Assembly: GCA_951406725.2 (NCBI GenBank)
Contig: OX597818.1
Location: forward strand, 132,680,001 to 132,744,000
DNA: 64,000 nt
Direction: 5' to 3'
Source of the DNA: Octopus vulgaris
Lineage: Eukaryota
The number at the start of each line of letters is the position of its first letter. Within the stretch, counting starts at the first letter, position 1. Below are positions 50,829-64,000 of this stretch, piece after piece. The position numbers were made by a program, and so were the translations under genes. The notes beneath the pieces were generated by a model. It was not told the origin of the DNA, did not search any database, and worked only from the letters and a program-made list of their open reading frames with translations.

Positions 50829-52162
50829 CAGTACCGTGCAAAGGTCTTCGACCACTTTAAACTATTGTAAATTTTTACTGATTGCCAACTTCCAAGTGGA
50901 TGTCTCGCATTGCGTTTTTTACAGCTGAAAAGTTGGCCCTCTTGGAGTCATTTTCATACCTAATCATTATATTTTGAAGTAGAGGTTCTGAATGAGCGGA
51001 GAAGATGCGAGATGACCACCAAAAATGACCGTGCAAAAGCTTTCGGTCACCTCACATAAACCAATTAAGATACAGTGTTTTAAGACAGAAAAATATCTAT
51101 AATGCATATCTATAACATAATGTTCATTTCAAGAAGTTACTGCACATTGTTAATATTTCGTGTGGTTTCCCTTAGCTTGAATAATTGCGCCAATGCACCT
51201 GGGAAGAGATGCGTACAAATCCTTCACCATCTTCACAGGTATGAGATGCCATTCTCTGTCACTGAGTTCCCACAGCTCTTTAAGACTGCGTGGATTCTTA
51301 TGACGAACTTTTCCCTTTAGCTTTGTCCACATTTGCTCGATGATATTTAAGTCAGGGCTCTGAGCTGGCCAATCTTTCAATACGGTACCACCTTCATCAG
51401 CCAGACTTTATTGTGTTGCATGCGATCTGTGGCACGGAGCTCCGTCATGCTGAAAAATCTGACCTTCATCCAAGTCTGGTATCATATTGTCCTTCAGCAA
51501 CTAAAGAATTTATCAGAAGGCCTTCAGAAAAGCAAAACGACTCATGTTACACGAAGAAACAGCGAAGTTTGAGGGTAAGAGTCTGATGCTTTGGGGATAC
51601 ATAGAAAGTGATGGTTCAAGAAAGTTGGTTAAAATTGACTGTAACTTGAATAGTGCCGAATACATCCAGGACGAAAAAGAAGAGTTCGTCAGAAGAATCT
51701 GCGCAATCTTGAAGAGTTGTGGGAGCTCAGCCACAGAGAACAGCATCTCATAATCTCATACCTGTGAAGATGGTGAAGGATTGGTACACATCTCTTCCCA
51801 TGTGCATTGAAACAATTATTCAAGCTGAGGGAAGCCACACGAAATATTAACAATATACAGTAACTTCTTGAAATGAACAATATGTTATAAATTTTCAGTA
51901 TAGATACTTTTCTGTTTTAAAACACTGTATCTTGATTAGTTTATGTGAGGTGGCTGAGAACTTTTGCACAGCCATTTTTGGTGGTCGTCTCACATCTTCC
52001 TTTCTTATTCAGAACCTCTACTACAAAATATAATGATTAGGTATGGAAATGACTCCAACAGGGCCAATGTGTTATCTATAAAAAATGCAATGCGAAATAT
52101 CCACTTAGTTGGCAATTCGTAGAAATTTGCAAAAAGTGGCCGAAGACTTTTGCACGGCATTG
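50829..52162. mobile_element. Tc1 (DD34E, IR/DR-type) element rearranged into a fold-back
   Basis: TA-flanked; ends CAGTACCGTGCAAAGGTCTTCGACCACTTT and (reverse complement) CAATGCCGTGCAAAAGTCTTCGGCCACTTT; inner DR at about 51030 and 51960; minus FQHDGAPCH...WPAQSPDLNIIE; plus KFEGKSLMLWG. Confidence 0.9.
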
Positions 52163-52499
52163 TACAAAGACAAAATGGCTACCGCTATTGGGTAACAGCA
52201 GCAGCATTAACAAATGAAGTACGCAAAATAGTAGGTGACAACAAAGCAAATAACATCATCACTACAACTGCCGCAACAAAAGCCAAGAGTGAAAAACAAC
52301 ACCACTACGACAACGAGTATTGCTGCTGACTTTATCACTACCACCACTTTCACTACTACCATGACGCCCAAAGCAGTAGCAGTACCAATACCACAAAGAC
52401 ATCATCCTTCGAGAAAGCAATAAATAGGATCCAGATTTCTATGGTGGACAAAAATACCAATTGAAAACGTTATAGTGAGTTAGTCACTACTTCAAAGGT

Positions 52500-53131
52500 T
52501 GTTGGTATAACACAATGGAATGTTCACAGTCTAGTTGAAGTGACAACGTCGGCAGTGGTAGCTCACTGATAACTGTGTCTGTGTGTTCGTTCAATAGTAA
52601 TTGGTATACAGAGACAGACGGACAGAACTCAACTTGTTCAATAGCAAAGTTTATTCACTGCAGTGGGTTACGTGCAATGTAAATGTCTTGTATAAGATTT
52701 CTGTAAAAAAGTAAGTTGTGGTTTATAGGGGTGTCTATAGTGTGACAGCGGTGAATGAACGCGTGGAGACATTAGATGTTCTTTGTGTATATAGAAAGAG
52801 ACTTGATAGAAATGTTTCTAGAATACACGAGACATTGAATTTGGTCGATACTGCTGGCGAACGTGGACGAAAAATTGTTGTGAGAGGCATCAACGCAAAT
52901 GCGATCGAACCAAGCTACAAACCGGGAGTTCTTACAGAAACGAAGTGAAGAAACTCAATTAAACATGGCCGCAACCACATTTATATAAGTGACAATCGGA
53001 CGTGGTAGAAGGAACCTGTTTATTCGGCTAATCACAGACCGAATAGAGCTGTAAGCTTACTATGTCGTTTGAGCCTACTTTGAGATTAAAAAATGTATGT
53101 AATAAACTAATGCTAGTACAGACATGCTACA
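52500..53131. mobile_element. possible solo LTR (632 bp)
   Basis: TGT...ACA ends with AGGT duplicated at 52496-52499 and 53132-53135; CpG-rich relative to flanks; TATATAA at about 52983 and AATAAA at 53101. Confidence 0.45.
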
Positions 53132-54144
53132 AGGTGCTGAAGATTTAGTAAAAAAAATCTGTCAACAGAGGGCTACTTTACAAGTAAACCCACAGCTCAT
53201 TGAAAAGCCTACCATTAAAAAGACGACCAGTAGTTTACAGGTATGGATCAGTAAAACCCGACGGGTGAAAATGGTCACATACACACGCACACACACAAGT
53301 AGAAAGGTGCTAGCAAGAAACATTGGTAAATATAGACTTATGGCCCAACAATTCAGTGCTTGAAATGCAATTTCTCAAGGAGGTCCTTGCAGTTAAGCAT
53401 TCCACTCTTCACCGTAGGGGCGAAGGATTTGTTCTCATTCTCACTTATCTTTTTACCCTTTTGATACCAACCCGCCTGAGTTCGCCCTTGCTTTTACGAT
53501 GCACACTTTATGTTTTAAGGTGATCTAAATGATGATTGTCATTCAAATTTCTACGTTAAATTATATTCCAAACATTAGATTAATAGTGACAGTTATTTCA
53601 CTAAATTCTTCGTTATTTTCCAAATCAATTGAAATAAAAGCAGCGTATTTTAAGTGGAATATGGTAACAAAGACAAACTGTGAGTGTGAAAATAGCCCTG
53701 ACTTCTTTCGACACTACAAACAGAACAACCACAGTACTAACAACACTGTGAAAACATACGTTCAGGAGCAGTTACAACAAACGCAAACACCATTCAGTCT
53801 ACACCCAAACCAACAATAAAAAGAAAACCCACAAAGCCAAAAAAGAAACATAAATTATACGACTAGAGACACAAAGAATTAACGAATCATATTCATCAAC
53901 GCTCAAACTATACACACAATGAATACTTCACACCAAAAAATAAATAAATAGATAACTTATTGACACACAAAACTCAAAAACAACGCCGGAAACAACAAAC
54001 TAAAAACAAGATATTCTGACGGAATGCAAGATTTCCGAGGCCAATTAACGAACTGATACAAGTGAAAATATTCACACCTAACCAGAAGAATGGGTCACCG
54101 ATCTTTCCGGTGGAATAGGTAAGTGGCCCTTTTCATTTTCCCCC

Positions 54145-55330
54145 TTTTAACCGAAATAGACGCTGTGAACGCACGTAGCCTGAAGTCACCTTGGAAGCAA
54201 AACCATCTGCTTAATGACTTCTGGTTACTAAGCAGAGAAGTGGTGGCTATCAGCGAAACTAGAACTTAGACACGAACCTCCGCTCTTTTGAAGTGCACGA
54301 GTCTCCAATCGGCCAGTATCAGGAATAATTCTGGGGCATGGTTTGGTCCGCATTTCCAGTAGAAAACAAAATGGGATAAGGTGGCGAGCAGGGTAGCCTA
54401 ACACAGAAATGGAACGATAGGAAGCTATCTCTGAAAGGTCGGACAGGAGTGTCGAACGCCTACATCGCGTCTGTCATCTATTATCACCTGACTATTATGT
54501 CTTGCCCCAGGTCACGTCTTATCGAACAGGAGTGTCTGCCTTCCACTTTCTGTAGAAGGGACATGTTCAACTGATCAGTCATCCCTTTTATTGTCAACAC
54601 TCGTTGCGAGGATAACTAGACATGCATTGTCTGATGATGCGAAAGTATCTGCTAGGACTGTGATATATATACGACTAGCAGCATAGCCCGGCATTACCTG
54701 GGTATGTAAGAGCCCCTGGAGCAGACATGATGCACGCTGTGAATTTTTAAAAAATTCCTGCCAATTTGAGAAAGATATTGTCGAAAATATGTCATCTTGA
54801 ATTTGAACGCGATTTCCCAAAATGGCATGATTTTATCAATTTTTTTTATGGTAAGGTATTGCATGGAAAACTAATGTTAGAATTAAGTTTCTTAGGGTAA
54901 CATTAAGCTTCACCATGAGTTTGGTGAAAATCGATTGCAAGTTGCGAAAACTACAACAGAAAATGTGTTGCAAATAAAAAGCTTATATTCTCGACCCCCA
55001 TGTCGAATTTATCGATTTTTTTCAGAACTGGGGGAACTTTTCAAAATTTTCGCTGCGTTAGTTTTGAATTATGACATTGGGCTATGTGTGTGTTAAGTTT
55101 CATCAGAATCGGTTGAAAGCCGTGGTCAGGGTGAGGGTACAACCTGACAGACACACAGACACACAGACAGACAAACTGCCGTTTATATAGAGAGAGATGT
55201 TCGACAGTGAACAAGTGGTGGTCACTGTTTGTATGGTGCGTTGTTTTCCATAGCTCTTCTCTTTGACCGAGCTATAGGTCTAGAAAGCGTAGCCCGATCG
55301 CTTGGCATTTGAAATGTGAAGAAGCACTCA
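54145..55330 (+). pseudogene. L1/Tx1-like LINE remnant, internally deleted and interrupted by a Helitron
   Basis: AVNARSLKSPWKQNHLLND...EVVAISETR (APE N-terminus); GAWFG...KWNDRKLSLKGRTGVSNAYIASVIYY (post-RT region). Confidence 0.7.
54675..55197 (-). mobile_element. non-autonomous Helitron
   Basis: Minus strand A|TCTCTCTCTATATAAA...CCCAGGTAATGCCGGG hairpin, 8 nt, CTAG|T; no TSD. Confidence 0.85.
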
Positions 55331-55364
55331 CAGCACTACAAGTCGGGTAATACAATACACGGAA

Positions 55365-56530
55365 GTTCAACATTGGTATTCTTTGGAAGATTATTGTTGA
55401 TGATACTTTTCGGCGGATCGACTACGCGAGTTACAATTCCAGTCTCTTACAGTATTTTAGTTAGCATTTAAGTCTTGTGCCAAGTGTACCAATTCTCACA
55501 GACATAGCTGTTGTCTTAATCTACTAGTTTCCTCCGTACCCTGGCTAGATCCTGATATTTCTCAATTTTTTTTTCAATTTCTTTGGTATTGACTCTGTTG
55601 TCATAGAGAATTGTAAAATTTATGATCTTAAAATTTATGTTTATTTTGCCCTCTATAATTATATCTGTTCTTTTTGCTTCAATAGTATACTCTTTACTCT
55701 TTTACTCTTTTACTTGTTTCAGTCATTTGACTGCGGCCATGCTGGAGCACCGCCTTTAGTCGAGCAAATCGACCCCGGGACTTATTCTTTGTAAGCCCAG
55801 TACTTATTCTATCGGTCTCTTTTGCCGAACCGCTACGTAACGGGGACGTAAACACACCAGCATCGGTTGTCAAGCAATGCTGGGGGACAAACACAGACAC
55901 ACAAACATATACACACACACTTATATATATATACATATATACGACAGGCTTCTTTCAGTTTCCGTCTACCAAATCCACTCACAAGGCATTGGTCGGCCCG
56001 GGGCTATAGCAGAAGACACTTGCCCAAGATGCCAGGCAGTGGGACTGAACCCGGAACCATGTGGTTGAGTAGCAAGCTACTTACCACACAGCCACTCCTG
56101 CGCCTATGGTCAGTTTTTGTGGGTAAGAACCACAAGTTACTGTAATTCCCATTTTCTATCACAGCCTCTAGTTCATGTTCGTACCACTTTTCTGTCATTT
56201 TGAAATACATATTTGATTAACATCCCAATATACTCTTTTGTCTACATAGTCAAACCTGCGTTTATACTCCTTTTTGCGCGCCTATATACCTTTTGTATAC
56301 TGCACACACACAAAAGACGATTGATACTTTCGTCTCCTTTCCTGCAGATTCTGCGTTTGCTGTCTGACTGAGTTTTGTTGATCTTTGCCGTTATCATATC
56401 AAGTTCCAGTCCGTCAAACAGAGCCAGCAATCTTTACTTCCAAGATTCTCGATTTGTTGCATGAATTGACCATGTAGGTCCGTTTCTTTCTACTTGTTTG
56501 TTCTGTTGTTCTTCTTTTTCTCTTTGAATT
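55365..56530 (-). pseudogene. second R4/Dong-like RLE LINE 3' remnant, interrupted by SINE C
   Basis: LHGQFMQQ; AKINKTQSDSKRRICRKGDESINRLL; EKWYEHELEAVIENG; IEAKRTDIII...DNRVNTKE...EKYQDLAR...IGTLG. Confidence 0.8.
55689..56104 (-). mobile_element. SINE family C, full length
   Basis: Family C sequence. Confidence 0.9.
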
Positions 56531-56564
56531 TTCCTACCTTATTATTATTATTATTATTATTATT

Positions 56565-57068
56565 GAGTGAGAGAGCAGTGCATACCATCAAAGTGACACT
56601 GGGGTAAAATATACGAAGCCCAGTATACCCATCATGACTACCCATATGATAAGGGTACACTAGGGACATGCATCACAACCATATGTACTCGACATGGTGA
56701 TCTCATATCAAGTTAAACAGCATATGACCTTGCAGGTGGGCCCAGTTAGAATTTTCTTCTGGTCGAGTAACCCATCCCGCTCAAAAGGTCACTGAATAAG
56801 GGTTGTTTAAGGATGTTGAACGAAACATCCATGTTTCCAGAGGTGAATTATTCAAACCCCAAATAATTCCTCTCAATGATGCTCCCCCACTAATTCTGCT
56901 CGTGATCAGAGATGCACATATCGTCAGCCACTAAGAGACATGGTCAACTGGTTAAAGTCAAACAACTCACAAACAAATCTGTGGTATTGACCAGAATATT
57001 TGCTGTAGCCCATCTTTTATACCAAGACAAAACAATGAACATGATAACACTTCCAATCAGTTAAGAAC
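56565..57068 (-). mobile_element. family E retroposon, 5'-truncated, between (TTA)n tracts
   Basis: Homologous to 12155-12670. Confidence 0.7.
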
Positions 57069-57082
57069 AACTGATTGGAAAT

Positions 57083-57873
<791 letters not shown>

Positions 57874-58080
57874 TAAAGGAAAAATGGATAGAGAGAAAAT
57901 TTCATGTGATTGACTTATTTTGTAACATATTTAGTTCAAATCTATCAGAGATTGATTTTTGCCTCGCATCCCTTCAGAAGTCAATATAATAAATACTAGG
58001 TAACCACTGTAGTTAAATAGATAACTGATAACCTTCTTCTAATAATGTGCAACCATTTGTTCAATTTAGAAAAAAATGGT

Positions 58081-58097
58081 AAATAATAATAATAATG

Positions 58098-58157
<60 letters not shown>

Positions 58158-58158
58158 G

Positions 58159-58223
<65 letters not shown>

Positions 58224-58235
58224 GTAATAATAATG

Positions 58236-58266
<31 letters not shown>

Positions 58267-58370
58267 TAATAATGATAATAATAATACTAATAATAATAGT
58301 GATAATAATAATAATAATGATAATAATGATAATAATAATAATAATAATGATGATAATAATGATAATGATG

Positions 58371-58410
<40 letters not shown>

Positions 58411-58448
58411 TAATAATAATAGTAATAATAATAATAATGATAATAATG

Positions 58449-58480
<32 letters not shown>

Positions 58481-58481
58481 T

Positions 58482-58548
<67 letters not shown>

Positions 58549-58562
58549 AAATGATAATGATA

Positions 58563-58593
<31 letters not shown>
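58081..58593. repeat. (AAT)n/(GAT)n microsatellite, about 510 bp
   Basis: Seen directly. Confidence 0.95.
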
Positions 58594-59482
58594 TGTCTCA
58601 TATTGACAGAAAGCGAAAAATTTATTTATAAGGAAGGGGTATATTGTATTCAAGTAATCTCAAAGTATTACCGGTATCTATTTTATCAATCACCAATTCT
58701 CACCCTCACCCTAACCTTTTACACCCTAATCCTCGCCTTTAACACCCTCAGCCTCACCACCCTACTTTCATCCCTCACTCCTTCACCTCGCATCCCTCAC
58801 CTATCAATGAATGAAATTTCCTAGCAGTAGATCTGGCGAACACATAAGCAGCATGAAAAAATTGATATCAGCATGGTGATAATGATTATGAAAATAATGA
58901 CGATGATGATAATGACGATGATGATAATGACGATGATGATAATGACGATGATGATAATGACGATGATAAGGGTGACGATGGTGTGGAAGAGTAGGAAGAT
59001 ATTAATAAACTTACATAATTGCTCTCATAAAAAAAAAAACACTAACAAAAATAATGATAATAAATTTAATATAACACCTTCCGTTTGTGTTATGTTCTTT
59101 TATATTCTTGTAGGGGTTAGATTCTTTGAAAGTTAAATATATCTTGGTAAATCAACCCATCACCATTGCTGTCAATATTGTTATCGATTATCTATTGATT
59201 ATTGGACTCTCAGATAATTTTCAATTAAGCTATGAGGTCGATATTATAGCTGAGTACATCTACGCACAAGCGCATACATACATACATACAAATGTATATG
59301 ACATGCATAGATATGTAAGGACATACAAGCAAACGCGTAATGGGGGTAGAATAGAGAAGTGCGTACATGCGTATATACACACAAACACACACACAATATA
59401 CATGTTTAGATGTTTGTGTGTATATATCTTACCTTTATGCATACGTACATGCATCTTTCCCTAATGTATGCATATATGCATG

Positions 59483-59570
<88 letters not shown>

Positions 59571-59609
59571 GTATATATGTATGTATATATATGTATATAT
59601 ATATGTATA

Positions 59610-59695
<86 letters not shown>

Positions 59696-59755
59696 TACGG
59701 TGTAACTGTGTATGCAAGTCTAAATATTCAAAATATGTATATGTGTGTGTGTATG

Positions 59756-59789
<34 letters not shown>

Positions 59790-60129
59790 CATATACATAC
59801 ATGCTAATATATATATATATATACATACATATATTGTGTATAAATATATGCATAAGTAAACGTCTACATGAGTCTATGAGTGTATGATTAAATATGGGTA
59901 GATTCCTCTATCTGCTATTATTTAAAGACTAGAACACAGAGAAAACCGTATAAACAACACACTCATAAACACTTGTGCTTACAGACAAAATATATTCATG
60001 GATGTATATGTACGTGTGTACGGAAATATTCATTTTTAAAAATTTAAAGAATCAAGGAAATAATTTTATACACATTTCCACGCATTAATTGCGTAAATGA
60101 AGACACTGTACATAAACACAGGTACACAT

Positions 60130-60200
<71 letters not shown>

Positions 60201-60230
60201 TATATATATATATACATACATATAAATATA

Positions 60231-60286
<56 letters not shown>

Positions 60287-60307
60287 CAGTCATATATATA
60301 CATGCAT

Positions 60308-60371
<64 letters not shown>

Positions 60372-60404
60372 ATTGATACATATATATCCATATCTAGCCA
60401 TACA

Positions 60405-60443
<39 letters not shown>

Positions 60444-60461
60444 CACATATATGCAATCAAT

Positions 60462-60494
<33 letters not shown>

Positions 60495-60501
60495 TATATA
60501 T

Positions 60502-60536
<35 letters not shown>

Positions 60537-60725
60537 AATGTATTCACACATATCGCACATATTTTAAATATTGGCATATGCTTCTGAGTTTCTGGGGGTT
60601 TTTTTATGTATGTATGTATGTATGAGTGTATTTATAGAACAAGAATTTATAGATTAAAAATGATAAAATGAAATCCACACTCATAGACATTCCTGAGTAG
60701 GTATACACACAAATGCTCTTGCACG

Positions 60726-60775
<50 letters not shown>

Positions 60776-60935
60776 TACCTATAATTACTTACGCATAAAT
60801 ATACACATACATAAAACGTTCATTTAGCTAAAAACAGCAAAACCAAATATTACAAAAAACTACAAAAAACTACAAAATATTATTTAAAAATTCTCAAACG
60901 TTTCAGCTATTATATTTCAGTAGAGAGAAGTAAAT

Positions 60936-60990
<55 letters not shown>

Positions 60991-61392
60991 ACATGTTGTT
61001 GTTATCTTTTTTTTTGTTACTATTAATATATAATATTTTAGAAGTATTTTTCACGAATGTAACGTTAATATAAATTATGATTTTTCAGATATGTAAATAA
61101 AAAGAACTTCTAAAAAATTATATTTATTTATTTATTTATTCATTTTTTTGCATTTCAAATATTTATTTGATTTTATCAAATGGATAAATATATATTATTA
61201 CCACACATTATAGTAGATTAAATAAGGTCTGTTGCTTGAAATTTTGCAATCAGAAGTAACGCTGTGCAAACTTTGTTGAAGGAATAGAAGAACTTTTAAG
61301 ATCAATGCCGTTCCAGTGGACAGTAACGTAGCAAAGGAAGTAATGAAGACTGACTGGTTTCCATTCTGCCAGCATCAACATATGCCATGCAC

Positions 61393-61394
<2 letters not shown>

Positions 61395-61423
<29 letters not shown>

Positions 61424-61461
61424 CATACATACATACATACATACGTACATACATACATACA

Positions 61462-61495
<34 letters not shown>

Positions 61496-62640
61496 CGTAC
61501 ATACATACATACATACATACATACATACATAAATACATAGATACATAAATACATACATACATACATACATACATACGTACATACATACATACATACATAC
61601 ATACATACATACATACATACATACATACGTACATACATACATACATACATACATACATACATACATACATACATACATACATACATACATACATACATAC
61701 ATACATACATACATACATACATACATACATACATACATACATACATACATACATACATACATACATACATACATACATACATACATACATACATACATAC
61801 ATACATACATACATACATACATACATACATACATACATACATACATACATACGTACATACATACATAAATACATAGATACATAAATACATACATACATAC
61901 ATACATACGTACATACATACATACATACATACATACATACATACGTACGTACATACATACATACATACATACGTACATACATACATACATACATACATAC
62001 ATACATACATACATACATACGTACGTACGTACATACATACATACATACATACATACATAAATACATAGATACATAAATACATACATACATACATACATAC
62101 ATACGTACATACATACATACATACATACATACATACGTACGTACATACATACATACATACATACGTACATACATACATACATACATACATACATACATAC
62201 ATACATACATACGTACGTACGTACATACATACATACATACATACATACATAAATACATAGATACATAAATACATACATACATACATACATACATACGTAC
62301 ATACATACATACATACATACATACATACATACGTACGTACATACATACATACATACATACGTACATACATACATACATACATACATACATACATACATAC
62401 ATACATACATACGTACGTACGTACGTACATACATACATACATACATACATACATACATACATACATACATACATACATACATACATACATACATACATAC
62501 GTACATACATACATACATATTTACATACATACATACGTACATACATACATACATACATACATACGTACATACATACATACATGCATACATACATGCGTGC
62601 ATACATATATACACACACACACACGCATGCATACATACAT
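61395..62640. repeat. (ATAC)n array, about 1.25 kb, with higher-order structure
   Basis: Marker AAATACATAGATACATAAATAC at 61531, 61867, 62059 and 62251. Confidence 0.95.
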
Positions 62641-62969
62641 GTATACATGCATACGCACATAGAAACAAATATATGTATATGTATATATATATATATAAAC
62701 AACTTATATATAAGGGCTAAAGAAAATTATTTCAATGCCAATATGCTGATAACAGACTTTTAAATCGTCAATTTCCACATATTATTTACTCGCTACAGAA
62801 AAAAACATGAAGAACTGAAATCGGGGAAGCCGGCCGATAGAATTTATATATATACATATATATATATTGGTAAAACGGTAAGATAACAAAAGAAAGAAAG
62901 AAAGAGACCTCATTATTATGTAAATAGAGGAAATTTATCTATAAAATATGTTACATTACTCGATAGTCA

Positions 62970-63032
62970 AGATAAAACTCTGAGCTTCAGATGCCGAAGT
63001 GGGAACCCACGACGCCATCTCTTCGGTTATCT
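62970..63032 (-). ncRNA. degenerate type I hammerhead-like motif in a (TA)n-flanked element (about 62865-63122)
   Basis: AGATAA CCGAAGA GATG..GTGGG-TT-CCCAC..CATC T GAAG CTC-A-GAG TT TTATCT. Stems are intact but core positions are mutated. Confidence 0.45.
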
Positions 63033-63294
63033 GGCTATTTGAAAACGCTATGAAAAAATACCGTTATACAAAGGGAAATTACTGTGTTATAACTCTGCTT
63101 GCCTGCGTATTTATACATCGCTATATATATATATATGTATTGTTTGTGGATTAACAACGCTGCCAATGGTTTCATGTTGAAAGAATTTCCACAATCTTCA
63201 AACGATCCAATTTGAAATGTGGGAAATTGCCTCTATTTCGGATGATCGTACTAAATGCAGTGTTGAGCACTTATTCCTAATGTTCAATACTATC

Positions 63295-63331
<37 letters not shown>

Positions 63332-63332
63332 T

Positions 63333-63653
63333 ACTCTGTCGGTTACGACGAAAAAGGTCCCAGATGATACGACCAACAGAACAGCCTGCTCGTGTAATTA
63401 GCGTGCAAGTGGTTGAGCATTCCACGGACACGTGTACCCTTAACGCAGTTCTCAGGGTGACTCAGCGTGACACAGAGTGTGACGAGGCTGGCCCCTTGAA
63501 ATACAGGTACTACTCACTTTTGCTAGCTGAGTGGACTGGAGCAACGGGAAAATAAAGTGTCTTGCTCAAGGACACAACGCGTTGCCGGAAATTGAAATCA
63601 CGACCTTACGATCATAAGCCGAATATCCCAACCACTAAGCCGCGCGCCTTCAC
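63333..63653 (-). mobile_element. SINE with tRNA head, CORE-like centre and family D tail
   Basis: GTGTCCTTGAGCAAGACACTT...CCAGTCCACTCAGCT is shared with the 18291 element; tail GTACCTGTATTTCAAG...CGTAACCGAC is shared with family D. Confidence 0.85.
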
Positions 63654-63758
63654 GCACACACACACAAGCCCTATCTACCCATTATACATATATACATACA
63701 CACAGAAGTATACGTATGGAATAGAGATGTGCCCAAGATCCATAGATATTATGAATAA

Positions 63759-64000
63759 TCTTAATATATAAAACTGTAGTTGTGTGAGTGTCTGTCCCCT
63801 TCGATTTAGATTCCTAACTACTCCCACATTTTGCGGTGCAGTTTATCCAAAACCGGGTATCTTATAGTCGTGATTCATATCGAGCACTTCTGGGTATTAG
63901 CGCTTGTCTACGACGAGGCTACGATTTTAAAAATAATTTACCATCATTTTTTTCCATTTTCATGCATATTTTTTTAAAGGGAAGTAACTCTCTAAAAATG
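63759..64000 (+). mobile_element. probable Helitron 5' end running off the window
   Basis: A|TCTTAATATATAAAA followed by GTGTG.GTGTCTGTC, like the 5' end of 54675-55197; the 3' end is not visible. Confidence 0.5.

Noticed and set aside
53453-53672. Possible decayed piggyBac-like MITE (TTTACCCTTTTGATACCA...TGGTAACAAAG)
   Set aside because: TTAA sites and the right terminus are not intact enough to support a call.
61250-62702. Longest ORFs (472, 466 and 373 aa MYVC repeats) and the poly-I/L/N/H/D ORFs elsewhere
   Set aside because: Translations of (ATAC)n, (AAT)n, (GAT)n and (TA)n microsatellites that lack stops in some frames.

Overview
Eukaryotic, very AT-rich and microsatellite-dense DNA. 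The repeat landscape (tRNA-derived SINEs, RTE 3' ends, Penelope remnants, long (TA)n/(AAT)n/(CAT)n/(ATAC)n tracts) points to a coleoid cephalopod, probably Octopus; this is an inference. I found no credible host protein-coding gene. Nearly all long ORFs in the track are translated microsatellites or SINEs, and the window looks intronic or intergenic. It holds dozens of SINEs from at least four modular families and decayed LINE fragments (RTE, CR1, R4/Dong-type RLE, L1/Tx1, Penelope GIY-YIG). It also holds four mariner relics (one chimeric), a rearranged Tc1, piggyBac/hAT/pogo-type MITEs, two Helitrons and one or two solo LTRs. The most interesting signal is a set of short non-coding elements in (TA)n tracts carrying hammerhead-ribozyme cores. 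Three of them (38586-38648 minus, 39309-39381 plus, 48727-48788 plus), from two different sequence families, show all three hammerhead strands in a non-circularly permuted order: UH strand, then GAAA strand, then CUGANGA strand. Their stems are preserved by compensatory changes. All structures were read by eye; nothing was computed or searched.
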